DNA of 64,000 nucleotides from the NCBI GenBank assembly GCA_035315885.1, contig DATFXM010000030.1, positions 38,619 to 102,618 of the forward strand, given 5' to 3'. The position numbers were made by a program, and so were the translations under genes. This DNA comes from Blastocatellia bacterium (GTDB lineage Bacteria > Acidobacteriota > Blastocatellia > UBA7656). The notes under the pieces were generated by a model. That model worked only from the letters and a program-made list of their open reading frames with translations. It did not search any database and was not told the DNA's origin. Below, piece by piece: positions 9,828-19,261 of this stretch; the first letter of the stretch is position 1; each line of letters starts with the position of its first letter.

Positions 9828-9846
9828 CAATTCAAATCTTGAATTG
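9828..9846. promoter_or_regulatory. Perfect 8-3-8 palindrome CAATTCAA-ATC-TTGAATTG, a candidate operator upstream of the caa3 oxidase operon
   Basis: Perfect dyad read from the sequence, ~180 nt upstream of ctaC. No regulator assignment is possible from sequence alone. Confidence 0.3.
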
Positions 9847-10039
9847 GCAATCGATTAGGTGACTGTCGAAGGGTTTGGCAGATCGCGAATGCCTCAAGGT
9901 CGATGACAGCATTTGAGCACGTGGTAAACGGTTGTCACTGATCGAGGCCTTCGGGTCTGCACCGAGATATCGCTGCCAATTGGTCGTGGCATTCATCCTG
10001 TTTCTTCCACGGAGAAATCGCATTTGTTTCTCGGTTCTC

Positions 10040-12091
10040 TCACCGCATCGACGCCGAATCCCGAATCACGGCCACAGGCGGATTTCTTGGAAGCTGCTCA
10101 TTCGTCTTTAGAATGACGTCAAGGTGGGTCACCACTCCCAGCAACTTACGACTCGAATCGACGACTGACAGCATTTCGATCTCTTCTCGCAACATTATTA
10201 TCGCGGCGTCTACAATGCTCTGGTCTGGTGAAACAACCGGCGGGTCTTTACGCATGAAATCACTGATCGGTGTCTCGAGCGATGCGAGCTGACGCAAAGC
10301 GCTAAACAGCTCGGCGGCCCCGCAGTAGCCTTTTAATTGTCCTCCCTCATCAACTACTGGTGAGCATGGTTTGCCGTGTTCGAAGCGACTGATTGCATCC
10401 GCCAGGGGACTATCAGGCGATAGAGGCTCAGCGGGGCTCGTCATTACTTCCGAGACTTTGATAGTTGCAATTGTGGGATTGATCCGAACCCTTGCCATCA
10501 AGGCCTCGTAGCCCTTGAGTGATTCCGGAGATTTTTCCAGGCCCCTACGTAGCCTGGCATCGAACTGCGCCAGGCGCCTGAAGTCATCCCGCCGAAGGGT
10601 GATCAACTCGAGCGGCGTCTCTGCTTTTACAGAAATCAGATGCGGCCCTTGCCCCTCCGGGGTCAACGACTCGCCGCCGAAGTGGTCGCCTGCCTTGAGC
10701 ACGGTTATTGGATTCGAGGATTCATCCGTGTATACCCCGGCAGTTCCTGATTGAATGACAAAGAGGCTTCCTGGCCGATCTCCTTTATGAAAAATAAAAT
10801 CTCCGGCTGCATATCGAGCCTGCCCTGTCGCGCCGGTGCGCGATAGCGGCAGCTGAACAATGTTTGGAGGAAACAGCATCTTCCACGTCCAGTCACCCAC
10901 GACTTCAAGCTTGCGAGCAAGGCTGGGGAGCTTGCTCAAGTAGATCCCGCGCCATAACATCCAGGCGATAAATCCAGAGATGCGTACTCCGAGAATCTGT
11001 GCGACCGCTTTGCGGTTGCCCAGCGAAGCGAGCATGCCCAGGACCCGAAAAGAAAACGGTTTCGTCGGCTGACCCTTGAATGTCCGCGCCAGGTTTGCGG
11101 CGAGTTGCTTGGCTTGCCTCATGGCAAACTGCGCTGTCGGTGCGCTCGGCTTCTTATCGAACGCGTTCTGGATAAGTGCGCAATCTCCGACTGCCCACAC
11201 GTTGCTCTTGCCCTTAATACTCATGTCGGGATTGGTAACGAGGCGACCTCGATCGAGCGGAAGGTCCAGTTTCTGAATCAGAGGATTTGGCGACGTCCCG
11301 ACCGTTGAAACGACCGTCGCGGCCTCGAACAATTCACCTGAGGTCAATCGCACGCTCCGGGCGGTAATTTCCTCCGCGCTGGAATTGAGACGAACGTCAA
11401 CTCCGGCTTTGCGCAACTTGTCGGCCGCAAACTTTGAGAGAGACGCTGCATTAAGCTCGGGGATCAGAAGATCCCCTCGCTGCAACAGAATGATGCGCGG
11501 GTGCTCGCCTTTGAGGGTTGGGTAAAAGCGGGCCGTTTGTTCTGCTACTTCGGCGATCTCTCCGGCTACCTCTACGCCGCTGAAGCCGCCGCCAATTATC
11601 ACGATTGTGAGCAGCCGCTTTCGACGCAATGGATCGGTTTCCACCGCAGCCTCTTCAAGTCGCATGATGAGATCGTTGCCAAGGTAGATCGCATCTCCCA
11701 GCGTTTTGATTGGGTAAGCATACGCCGCGAGGCCCGGGATCAGATTCATGTTGACTGTCGCGCCGCAAGCCAGAACCAGATGATCATAAGTCAGCGTTGC
11801 GCGTTCGCCGCCTGCGCCGACATAGCTCACGAAATTCTCTTGCAAGTCGATGCCGGTAACTTGCGCCGTCAACCACGTCGTGCGCCGAACCATCTGGCGG
11901 CCCACTACAACTACGTGCAGCGGAGAGATCGCCCGCCCAACCGCTTCCGCGAGCATCGGGGTAAAGACGAAGTGATTCTCGCTGCTTATGAGCACAATCT
12001 CGATATCGGAAGACAGTTGCCGCTCAAGATGCTGCGCGACTGTCACGCCCCCGAACCCGCCGCCGATGATTACTACTCGTCTGGAACTCAT
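10040..12091 (-). CDS. ndh: Type II NADH:quinone oxidoreductase (NDH-2) fused to a C-terminal cyclic-nucleotide-binding domain and a CBS pair
   Basis: N-terminus has two Rossmann motifs (VVIIGGGFGGV and IVIIGGGFSGVEVAGE) plus WAVGDCA. After ~residue 430 come a CAP_ED-like segment (FIFHKGDRPGSLFVIQSGTAGVY...GGESL) and two CBS motifs. Confidence 0.8.
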   Translation of the reverse strand: MSSRRVVIIGGGFGGVTVAQHLERQLSSDIEIVLISSENHFVFTPMLAEAVGRAISPLHVVVVGRQMVRRTTWLTAQVTGIDLQENFVSYVGAGGERATLTYDHLVLACGATVNMNLIPGLAAYAYPIKTLGDAIYLGNDLIMRLEEAAVETDPLRRKRLLTIVIIGGGFSGVEVAGEIAEVAEQTARFYPTLKGEHPRIILLQRGDLLIPELNAASLSKFAADKLRKAGVDVRLNSSAEEITARSVRLTSGELFEAATVVSTVGTSPNPLIQKLDLPLDRGRLVTNPDMSIKGKSNVWAVGDCALIQNAFDKKPSAPTAQFAMRQAKQLAANLARTFKGQPTKPFSFRVLGMLASLGNRKAVAQILGVRISGFIAWMLWRGIYLSKLPSLARKLEVVGDWTWKMLFPPNIVQLPLSRTGATGQARYAAGDFIFHKGDRPGSLFVIQSGTAGVYTDESSNPITVLKAGDHFGGESLTPEGQGPHLISVKAETPLELITLRRDDFRRLAQFDARLRRGLEKSPESLKGYEALMARVRINPTIATIKVSEVMTSPAEPLSPDSPLADAISRFEHGKPCSPVVDEGGQLKGYCGAAELFSALRQLASLETPISDFMRKDPPVVSPDQSIVDAAIIMLREEIEMLSVVDSSRKLLGVVTHLDVILKTNEQLPRNPPVAVIRDSASMR

Positions 12092-12157
12092 GCTTTGACT
12101 CCTGGTTTGTTAGAACTCCTAATTCAGTGAGGCTAACCTTTCGCGCGCCGAACAATG

Positions 12158-13810
12158 CTACGCACCCGGCGGCTTAGTCGATTGCGAATCGAACAAGATC
12201 TTCGTCCGTTTCATAAACGCGATGAGCACAATAAGCCCCAACGCCACCCACGCCATGAACATGAAGGCGTCCATGTACGCGAGCGTGAATGCCTGCTGTC
12301 TTACCTGTCCGCTGAGCAGTGCGACCGAACGCTTTTGCGCCTCATCCAATCCTGAGGAGTTGGAGCTGACACCGCCGGTGAGCCAACGCAGACGCTCGTC
12401 GGTCAGCCAATCCCCGACCTCAACGTGCAGTCCGATCAAATTCGAGTGAAACTTCTCGCGTACCGCGATGAAATGCCCCATGAGGGAGCTGCCGGCTTCG
12501 CCTCCGAGGATCCTGACGCTGTGAACGAAGCATGAAAAGGTAAGGACATTAAACGGTCGCGAGAGGGCTCCCACCTCCTGCAGGTACTGGACCATCCCCC
12601 CGATTAGGGAGACGAAGGTGAATGAAAGGCCAACCGCGATGACAAGTTGAGAAGTCCAGAAGTTATCCCCCGCCCACGCGCTGGTAAGCTGTGCGTTGAG
12701 CAGGCAAGCCACCGCGACAGTCGCGAATCCAGTGGCCAGCATCAGCCTTTGATCAAGTCGGCGCATCAACCACGCCGCAACGAGACCGATAACAACCTGC
12801 GGGGCGGCTACCCACAGCAACACGCGACCGGTCTCGAGCGGACGATATCCTTGTATCGCACCCAGATATCCCGGAACCAGCAATGCAATGGCGAGTATCA
12901 CGAACCGCAGGCCAAACAACCCGGTATAGAGAATGAGGATGTTTCTCTGTCCGAGGAACGGAATATTCACAAGTGGGTTTGGCGAGATCCACCGCCGAAT
13001 TATCGCGGCGAGGATTAGGAACGCAGCGCTGACCAGCATCGCGACAATTACGCCCGAGCCCAACCAGTCCAATCGTTCTCCCTGATCGAGCACGCCATAC
13101 AACAGGCTCAAGGCGACACTGGCCCACAGGAAGCCTGCCCAGCTTATGTGTGGCTTCGGCCCGGTTCGCGCCGGAGGGTTCGGTATTGCCTTGTATATGC
13201 ACAGGATCATCAACATCGACGCCAGCGGGCCAATCCAGAAGATCCAGCGCCACGATAGATGCTCGTTGAAAAACGCTTGCAGCGGTACGGCGAGCGAAGT
13301 CCCCGCTAGAATGTCCATCGAATAGACACCAATACCGTAAATTGTGAAACGCAGAGGTAGCTGGCGCAGCGCAAAAGTCATCGTCAACGGGTAGAACGTG
13401 CCGGACAATAAACCCGCGATCACCTGCAGAGCCAACAACACTGCGAGGTTCGGTGAGAACGGCGCCAGGAACGAAACCACCGCATAGATGGGCGCACAAA
13501 ACAGCAGCACCCGTCTGACTCCCAACAATCCGCCGAGGTAGACCGAGAACGGTCCCATGAACATCAGCCCCATGCTGTAAGTGGTCGGAATCCAGGACGC
13601 CTCGTCCACGCCGAGCCCTAATGCCCCGCGGAGATCAGGCAGCCCGACCGACAGCAGCCGCCCAAACAGCGTGGTGATTCCTGCGCCGAGGAACACGCCC
13701 AGTGTGCCAAGGTAAGGATTCGGCTTGACCTCAAGCCTCCCCTGGAACGGCCGCCATATCGGGAATGAGAGTCCCCGGGGCGCAACTTGGGTTGTTGCGG
13801 TCGAGCTCAC
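12158..13810 (-). CDS. emrB: MFS transporter, DHA2 (EmrB/QacA) family, 14 TM
   Basis: 550 aa, 14 predicted TM helices, EmrB-like N-terminus. Lies downstream of HlyD and TolC genes. Confidence 0.8.
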   Translation of the reverse strand: MSSTATTQVAPRGLSFPIWRPFQGRLEVKPNPYLGTLGVFLGAGITTLFGRLLSVGLPDLRGALGLGVDEASWIPTTYSMGLMFMGPFSVYLGGLLGVRRVLLFCAPIYAVVSFLAPFSPNLAVLLALQVIAGLLSGTFYPLTMTFALRQLPLRFTIYGIGVYSMDILAGTSLAVPLQAFFNEHLSWRWIFWIGPLASMLMILCIYKAIPNPPARTGPKPHISWAGFLWASVALSLLYGVLDQGERLDWLGSGVIVAMLVSAAFLILAAIIRRWISPNPLVNIPFLGQRNILILYTGLFGLRFVILAIALLVPGYLGAIQGYRPLETGRVLLWVAAPQVVIGLVAAWLMRRLDQRLMLATGFATVAVACLLNAQLTSAWAGDNFWTSQLVIAVGLSFTFVSLIGGMVQYLQEVGALSRPFNVLTFSCFVHSVRILGGEAGSSLMGHFIAVREKFHSNLIGLHVEVGDWLTDERLRWLTGGVSSNSSGLDEAQKRSVALLSGQVRQQAFTLAYMDAFMFMAWVALGLIVLIAFMKRTKILFDSQSTKPPGA

Positions 13811-15225
13811 TGACTGTTCCTCGCGGTTTTGGTGTCGCTATGCTTGCCGGATGCGTTGATCTCGACGATCACCGACATTCCCGATCTCAGTCGCTTTGCC
13901 GATTCCTGGTCGTGGTCAATGAGAATCTTGACTGGTATGCGCTGCACGATCTTGGTGAAGTTGCCGGACGCGTTGTCCGGAGGGAGCAGGGCAAATTGCG
14001 ACCCGCTGGCAGGGGAGATCTGTTCGACATGGCCGTTCAGCCTGAGGCCGGGAAATGTATCAACGGTGATCACCGCCGAATCGCCCTTGGTTATGTTGGT
14101 GAGTTGGGTCTCCTTATAGTTAGCCTGAACCCATACATCGCTCTCCACGAGCGAGATCACCTGTGTGCCCGGGCTGACGAGTTGCCCCACGCGGACTTTG
14201 CGTTCTCCTACGACACCGTCTGTCGGAGCGAGAATTCGCGTGTATTCCAGGTTCGTGTTGGCTACCTTGACCGCCTCTTCCTTCGCCCTCAAGTCAGCCT
14301 TGAGTTGTAGTTCCTGCGCGTCGAGCACTCCTCGCTGTCGTTGCTGAGCCTGAAGTTCCGACTCGCGACTGGCCAGTGAGGCGCGCGCCTGCTGCGCCTG
14401 CGCCTTTCTGAGCGCAAGCAGCGCCTTGCTCTTTGACAGGTCGGCTAGTCGGCTTTCCAACGTCGCGGCGTATCGCTGTTCGTCGGCGGTGACCTGTTCG
14501 AATTTCTGCTTAGTCGCAGAGGCAGAGTCCAACAACGCTTCTTGTCGTTTCTTTTCCAACTGCGTTCGCACGACGTCGGCCCTGGTGCCGTCCACGCTGG
14601 CCTCAGCATTCGATATCTCGGCTTTCGCGGCCTCGACGCTGGCGTCTGTCTGAGCGATGTCGGCTTTGGCAGCCTCAACACCGGCTTCAGCCTGTGCGAT
14701 TTTTGACTCCTGAAGCGCCTTTTGTTTTGCGTTGTTCACCAGGGTGGCATTGGCCGCTTGCACTGCAGCTTCTGACTGCTCGACCTGCGCACGGTAATCC
14801 TCGTCCTTGATCTGTACGAGCAGGTCGCCGGCCTTCACGGTTTGATAATCTTCGACCGCAACTTGCGTCACCGTACCGGAGACTCTCGTGCTCAGAGGGG
14901 TGATGTCAGCTCGCAGGTAGGCGTCATCCGTTTTCTGGCTACCTGTCCTGCCAACCCATGAATTCCAGCTTGAAGTGATGAGAATAAGGAGCGCCACCGC
15001 GATCAATATCACCAGGACTGGAGTGAACCTGCGCAAAGTGCCACGCGGCTTCTTGACCTGTTCGACGTGCGAATCGGAACTCGCCGCGGCCGCTTTCTCA
15101 ACCGGTTGACCAGGGGTAGTAGCTGGTTTGGATTGATCCGGGTGCTGATCGGAGATCGCTCCCGATGGCTTGGCGTCTTGTGTCGTGTTTGGCGTGGGCA
15201 TTCGGTTCACTCCTTCTTGTGTCAC
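13807..15225 (-). CDS. emrA: HlyD/EmrA-family membrane fusion protein with a long coiled coil
   Basis: N-terminal TM (VLVILIAVALLILI), extended Ala/Gln/Glu-rich coiled coil, and a C-terminal beta-barrel/lipoyl-like domain. A 4-nt overlap with emrB indicates an operon. Confidence 0.8.
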   Translation of the reverse strand: MTQEGVNRMPTPNTTQDAKPSGAISDQHPDQSKPATTPGQPVEKAAAASSDSHVEQVKKPRGTLRRFTPVLVILIAVALLILITSSWNSWVGRTGSQKTDDAYLRADITPLSTRVSGTVTQVAVEDYQTVKAGDLLVQIKDEDYRAQVEQSEAAVQAANATLVNNAKQKALQESKIAQAEAGVEAAKADIAQTDASVEAAKAEISNAEASVDGTRADVVRTQLEKKRQEALLDSASATKQKFEQVTADEQRYAATLESRLADLSKSKALLALRKAQAQQARASLASRESELQAQQRQRGVLDAQELQLKADLRAKEEAVKVANTNLEYTRILAPTDGVVGERKVRVGQLVSPGTQVISLVESDVWVQANYKETQLTNITKGDSAVITVDTFPGLRLNGHVEQISPASGSQFALLPPDNASGNFTKIVQRIPVKILIDHDQESAKRLRSGMSVIVEINASGKHSDTKTARNSQ

Positions 15226-16565
15226 TTTTCTTCGCCGATCGACTTTTCAAATTCGGCTTTTGCAGTCCAGTAACCGAGAAGCGCGTCTTGGTATTTGTGA
15301 TTGGCTTCGGCAAGCGAGGCCTGTGACTGCAGGACATCGGACAACAGGGCTGCGGTCACCTTGTACTTGTTGGCGTTGATGCGCAGTACTTCACGAGCAG
15401 TTTCCTGTCCGAGTTGCGCAACGACCAGGGCCTGGCGGGTCTGTTGGAATTTGCGGAACTTATCGCCCACATCGATCAGGACCAGGCTCTCGGCTTCGTG
15501 TAAGCCAGTCTTGGCCTGCTCGATGAGTTTCGATTTTTCCGCCATTTGATCTTTCTTTCTTCCCCAATCGAAGATCTCCCATTTGACGAGCACACCGATG
15601 TTCGCAAAGTTCTGCGGGACGCCGCTGTCGAAATTTCGCAGTGTCACATATCTGAATCCGAGGGTAACATCGGGAATGTATTCGGACTTTATGATCCGGC
15701 GATCTACTTCCGCTTCCTTTATCCTCAGTCGCGCCTCTCTCACTTCGGGACGCTGATCCAGCGCGCGCGCGCGGGCCGAGGCGAGTTCAAGGTTATAGTC
15801 CGTCTGGGTGGGGACGGCGCTTACACTGAAATTCGTTTCCACGTCGCGGCCAAGAAGGTTGTTGAGCTGTTCTTTTTCGGTCGCGAGTTGGTTCGTAAGG
15901 TTGAGGGCATCATACTCGGCCTTCGCCAGGCGTGTTTCCACCTCGAGGCGATCGGATTTCAAGACAACCTGCTGTGCAACGTAGTCTCCGGTCACACGAT
16001 CCAGCTCGCGGTAAAGCCTTATGGCTTCAAGCACGCTTTCGAGTGCGCTCTGAGATTGGAGGATCGAGTAGTAGGTTCGCTTGACGCGATCAACTATGGA
16101 TTGTCTGACGTGGCGAAGTTTTTCATTGGTTACGTCGCGTGCCAGCTTGCCGTGCTTAATGGTCAGTCCGATGCGGTACTGCTGCGACAAGGGCTGAGCT
16201 ATCAGCGAGGTGAAGACGGTTGTCGGTCGCCGCGGAACAGTGAGGGGAGCAAACGAGTCGACGCCGGGGAGAAGGTCGGTTGTGACAGATTTCAGGTTGA
16301 TCTCATGCTGAACCATTTGGATTGAGGTGAGCGAGAACAAATTCATTGACGGCAATCGCATCGTGCGAATTGCTGCTAGATTGTCTTCGGCCTTGCCGAC
16401 TTCGAGTTCGGCGATCTTCACCAAATGGCTGTCGCTGAGGGCCAGCGAGATTGCCTGGTCTAGCGTAAGCACTTCGCCGGGAGCCGATCTGTCCCTTTGG
16501 CCGAAGGCACTAATTGGGGTCAGTAGCAATATGAACACTGCAAAGTTGGTCTTTGTTCGTCGCAT
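15222..16565 (-). CDS. TolC-family outer membrane efflux protein
   Basis: Signal peptide, then two repeats of the OEP/TolC helical-barrel pattern. Overlaps emrA by 4 nt. Confidence 0.75.
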   Translation of the reverse strand: MRRTKTNFAVFILLLTPISAFGQRDRSAPGEVLTLDQAISLALSDSHLVKIAELEVGKAEDNLAAIRTMRLPSMNLFSLTSIQMVQHEINLKSVTTDLLPGVDSFAPLTVPRRPTTVFTSLIAQPLSQQYRIGLTIKHGKLARDVTNEKLRHVRQSIVDRVKRTYYSILQSQSALESVLEAIRLYRELDRVTGDYVAQQVVLKSDRLEVETRLAKAEYDALNLTNQLATEKEQLNNLLGRDVETNFSVSAVPTQTDYNLELASARARALDQRPEVREARLRIKEAEVDRRIIKSEYIPDVTLGFRYVTLRNFDSGVPQNFANIGVLVKWEIFDWGRKKDQMAEKSKLIEQAKTGLHEAESLVLIDVGDKFRKFQQTRQALVVAQLGQETAREVLRINANKYKVTAALLSDVLQSQASLAEANHKYQDALLGYWTAKAEFEKSIGEEK

Positions 16566-16568
16566 GAC

Positions 16569-17663
16569 CTATACCTCTGGTGTTGGACTAAGAGTCGGTC
16601 GAACAATGCCTAACTTTCGCATCCTGAATGTCAGCGTGCTGCGATTGATTCCGAGTCTTTTCGCCGCTCCCTCTGGACCTCCAATCACCCAACTTGTTTC
16701 TTTCAGCACGGTCAGGATGTGGGCCCTCTCCACTTCCTCAAGAGTTCTTGAAGAAGACGAGGACACCCTGATCGAGCGCTGCACTTCAAAGACGGCGGGA
16801 CGCAGCGTTCCGTCAACCGACATAACCACCGCTCGTTCGATCACGTTCTGAAGCTCCCGAACGTTCCCGGGCCAGTCATAGCTCAGTAGCGCCCTTAATA
16901 CTTCGGGGGGAAAATCGTCGATCCGCCTGTTTAGTCTCTCGGAGTATTTCCTGGCGAAGTATCTGGCGAGTAAGATGACGTCTTCACCGCGTTCACGCAG
17001 GGCTGGAGCGAAAAGTGGGATGATGTCCAGCCGGTAATAGAGGTCGCTGCGGAACTTGCCACTTTGTACCAACTGGCCGAGGTCGCGGTTGGTCGCAGCA
17101 ACGACTCGGACATTCGGTGTGATGGTTCGGCTGCTGCCGAGTCGCTCAAACCCTTGATCCTGCAACACACGCAAAAGCTTCGGCTGGAGTTCCAGCGGGA
17201 GCTCGCCAACCTCGTCCAAAAAGAGAGTGCCATTGTGTGCAAGTTCAAGGCGGCCGACGCGCTGATTGACTGCGCCGGTGAATGCCCCACGTTCGTGGCC
17301 GAACAGCTCGCTTTCGAACAGGCTAGGCGGGATGGCGGCGCAATTGATTTTGATGAAGTTGTTGTGTCGCCTGGAGCTGAGATTGTGAATGGCGTCGGCG
17401 ATGAGCTCTTTGCCGGTGCCGGTCTCTCCATTGATCAGCACTGTCGAGTCTGTTGGCGCGACGAGCTCTGCCTGGTTGAGCATGTTTAGAAGCGCAGGGC
17501 TGTTGCCAATAATGTCGTTGAATTGCTGGACCGATCGCACATCCTTGGGCACGTCCGTCTTACTCTTGGCGTCAGAGCCTTGGCCTGCACTTGCGTCGCG
17601 TAAGGAGGGAACGACCCAACTTTGTGGAAGCGAGCCCGTTCGGTTGACTAAGACTGCGCTCAT
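16569..17663 (-). CDS. Sigma-54-dependent transcriptional activator (PspF-like bEBP) lacking an N-terminal sensory/receiver domain
   Basis: Walker A GETGTGKE, GAFTGA loop (ERGAFTGAVNQR), and C-terminal Fis-type HTH (AAKRLGINRSTLTFRMRKLGI). Only ~55 aa precede the AAA+ core. Confidence 0.85.
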   Translation of the reverse strand: MSAVLVNRTGSLPQSWVVPSLRDASAGQGSDAKSKTDVPKDVRSVQQFNDIIGNSPALLNMLNQAELVAPTDSTVLINGETGTGKELIADAIHNLSSRRHNNFIKINCAAIPPSLFESELFGHERGAFTGAVNQRVGRLELAHNGTLFLDEVGELPLELQPKLLRVLQDQGFERLGSSRTITPNVRVVAATNRDLGQLVQSGKFRSDLYYRLDIIPLFAPALRERGEDVILLARYFARKYSERLNRRIDDFPPEVLRALLSYDWPGNVRELQNVIERAVVMSVDGTLRPAVFEVQRSIRVSSSSSRTLEEVERAHILTVLKETSWVIGGPEGAAKRLGINRSTLTFRMRKLGIVRPTLSPTPEV

Positions 17664-17933
17664 AAGGTGCTATCTCCTTTGCCTCATAAAGAACGTTTTC
17701 GTAATGCTTGTTCTGCTTTCCAGAAACCTCGCATCGCTGTCGACTTCGTGTCTGAGGTGGTGAAGCGGTCGGAGCAAGACCTCGTCGAGTGCTTCGAGTA
17801 CGGGGTCCAAGTTCGCTTTGCTTGCTGCGTATTCTCGGAGGATTTCCATCATTTGGTCGCTGCAGCTCGAAGGCCTCCCTGCCGAGTTTGAAAACGCGGG
17901 AAGGGAATTGAGCCGATTCGAAGTCCTCTTCGA

Positions 17934-19115
17934 CTATGCTGCGATGCTGTTTCCCGGGGCTGTCCGGGAGTAAGCCGATTGCAGTGCCGCGGCTGCAAGG
18001 CTTGGTTCGCTGTCGTCACGGAAGCACGCCAGTTTCTTGCCGCTGTGATCGAGGTCTAAAACGACTATGTCTCCCAGGCGTAGTTGCCTCGATGCGGCAA
18101 GGTTGGCCAACGGGTGCACCACAAACCGCTCGATGGCGCGCTTCAAGTGGCGAGCGCCGTACCTGTAGTCGGTTCCTTCTCTGAGAAGAAATTCTTTTGC
18201 TTCTATAGTGGCGGTAACCGTGAACCGCTCGCTCGCGCCTTCGTCGATCCTTTGCTGCACCCCCGCGAGCTCCAGGTCGACGATGTTGCGCAATTGCTCG
18301 GGTCCGAGGCTCCTGAAGACCACCACTTTGTCAATTCGGTTCATGAATTCCGGTGAGAACTTCCGCCTCGCCGCCTCTGCTGCGGTGCGGTAAATCTTCT
18401 GGTCCAATTCTTCCGGAGCCAACTGGTCGCCGCCCGAGGGCGCAAAACCGATTGCGCCATCGACTAACTGGTTCATCTCGCGAGCTCCCAGGTTCGAGGT
18501 CATGAAGATCATGGTCTGCGAGAAGTCCACCTGCCGGTTGTCGCCGAGGGTGAGCGTGGCTTTGTCGAGGATTCCCAACAGGAGCTGCCAAAGCGCGTCG
18601 CTCGCCTTCTCGATCTCATCGAACAGTACCAGGCTGAACGGATTCGTCTCGGTGTGATACTTGTTGAGTCTTTCTTGCGTCAGCAAGGGCTGCGTTTCGC
18701 GATGACCGAGGTAGCCCGGAGGTGAGCCGATGAGCTTGGCGATCTCGTGCGAGTGCTGGAACTCGGCGCAATCAATCTTTATGACGGCGTTGCGGGAACC
18801 GAAGAGCGCTTCTGCCGCTGCCTCGATTACGTGCGTCTTACCCGTTCCGGTCGGACCGAGAAAGAGCATCGTCCCGATGGGCTTGTCCGGACTGGTCATC
18901 CCTGCCTGGAATACCTGGTACAGCGAAGCGATCTTGCGCACGGCCCGCTCTTGTCCGACAACGCGAGCGCGCAGATCTGCTTCAAGTTGAGAGGCATGCA
19001 TGCTCTTGCACTCGGTATCAAGTGCGACCAATCTCTTTGTGTTGACCTTCTTGAACTCTCCGGTCTCGGTGATCGGTTGCGTCATTGGATTTGAGGTTTG
19101 ATAAGACATCGTCAT
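17934..19115 (-). CDS. Stand-alone ClpA/ClpB D2-like AAA+ ATPase (AAA_2 core plus ClpB_D2-small domain)
   Basis: Walker A GPTGTGKT, sensor/arginine region, and D2-small C-terminus (...YGARHLKRAIERFVVHPLANL). No N-domain, D1 or middle domain. Carries a 55-aa unique N-terminal extension. Confidence 0.7.
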   Translation of the reverse strand: MTMSYQTSNPMTQPITETGEFKKVNTKRLVALDTECKSMHASQLEADLRARVVGQERAVRKIASLYQVFQAGMTSPDKPIGTMLFLGPTGTGKTHVIEAAAEALFGSRNAVIKIDCAEFQHSHEIAKLIGSPPGYLGHRETQPLLTQERLNKYHTETNPFSLVLFDEIEKASDALWQLLLGILDKATLTLGDNRQVDFSQTMIFMTSNLGAREMNQLVDGAIGFAPSGGDQLAPEELDQKIYRTAAEAARRKFSPEFMNRIDKVVVFRSLGPEQLRNIVDLELAGVQQRIDEGASERFTVTATIEAKEFLLREGTDYRYGARHLKRAIERFVVHPLANLAASRQLRLGDIVVLDLDHSGKKLACFRDDSEPSLAAAALQSAYSRTAPGNSIAA

Positions 19116-19261
19116 GCCCCTTTCTTTTCATTCGCCCGGCAACTCTCGTCGTCGTTCAACGTGTTCAATCTCAGGTTCTCCGCTTAGCGCGAACGATCGC
19201 GTCGCGTTTCATCAAGCGTTGAATCTTCTTGTCAATCTCACATCGCTCGGTGAATAGAGGA

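Noticed and set aside
17664-17933. Searched for a fourth cassette or sigma-54 promoter between the AAA+ ATPase and bEBP-A genes
   Set aside because: Only a weak GG-N10-GC match (GAGGTTTCTGGAAAGCAG) without the conserved flanks or dyad element. This is insufficient to call.
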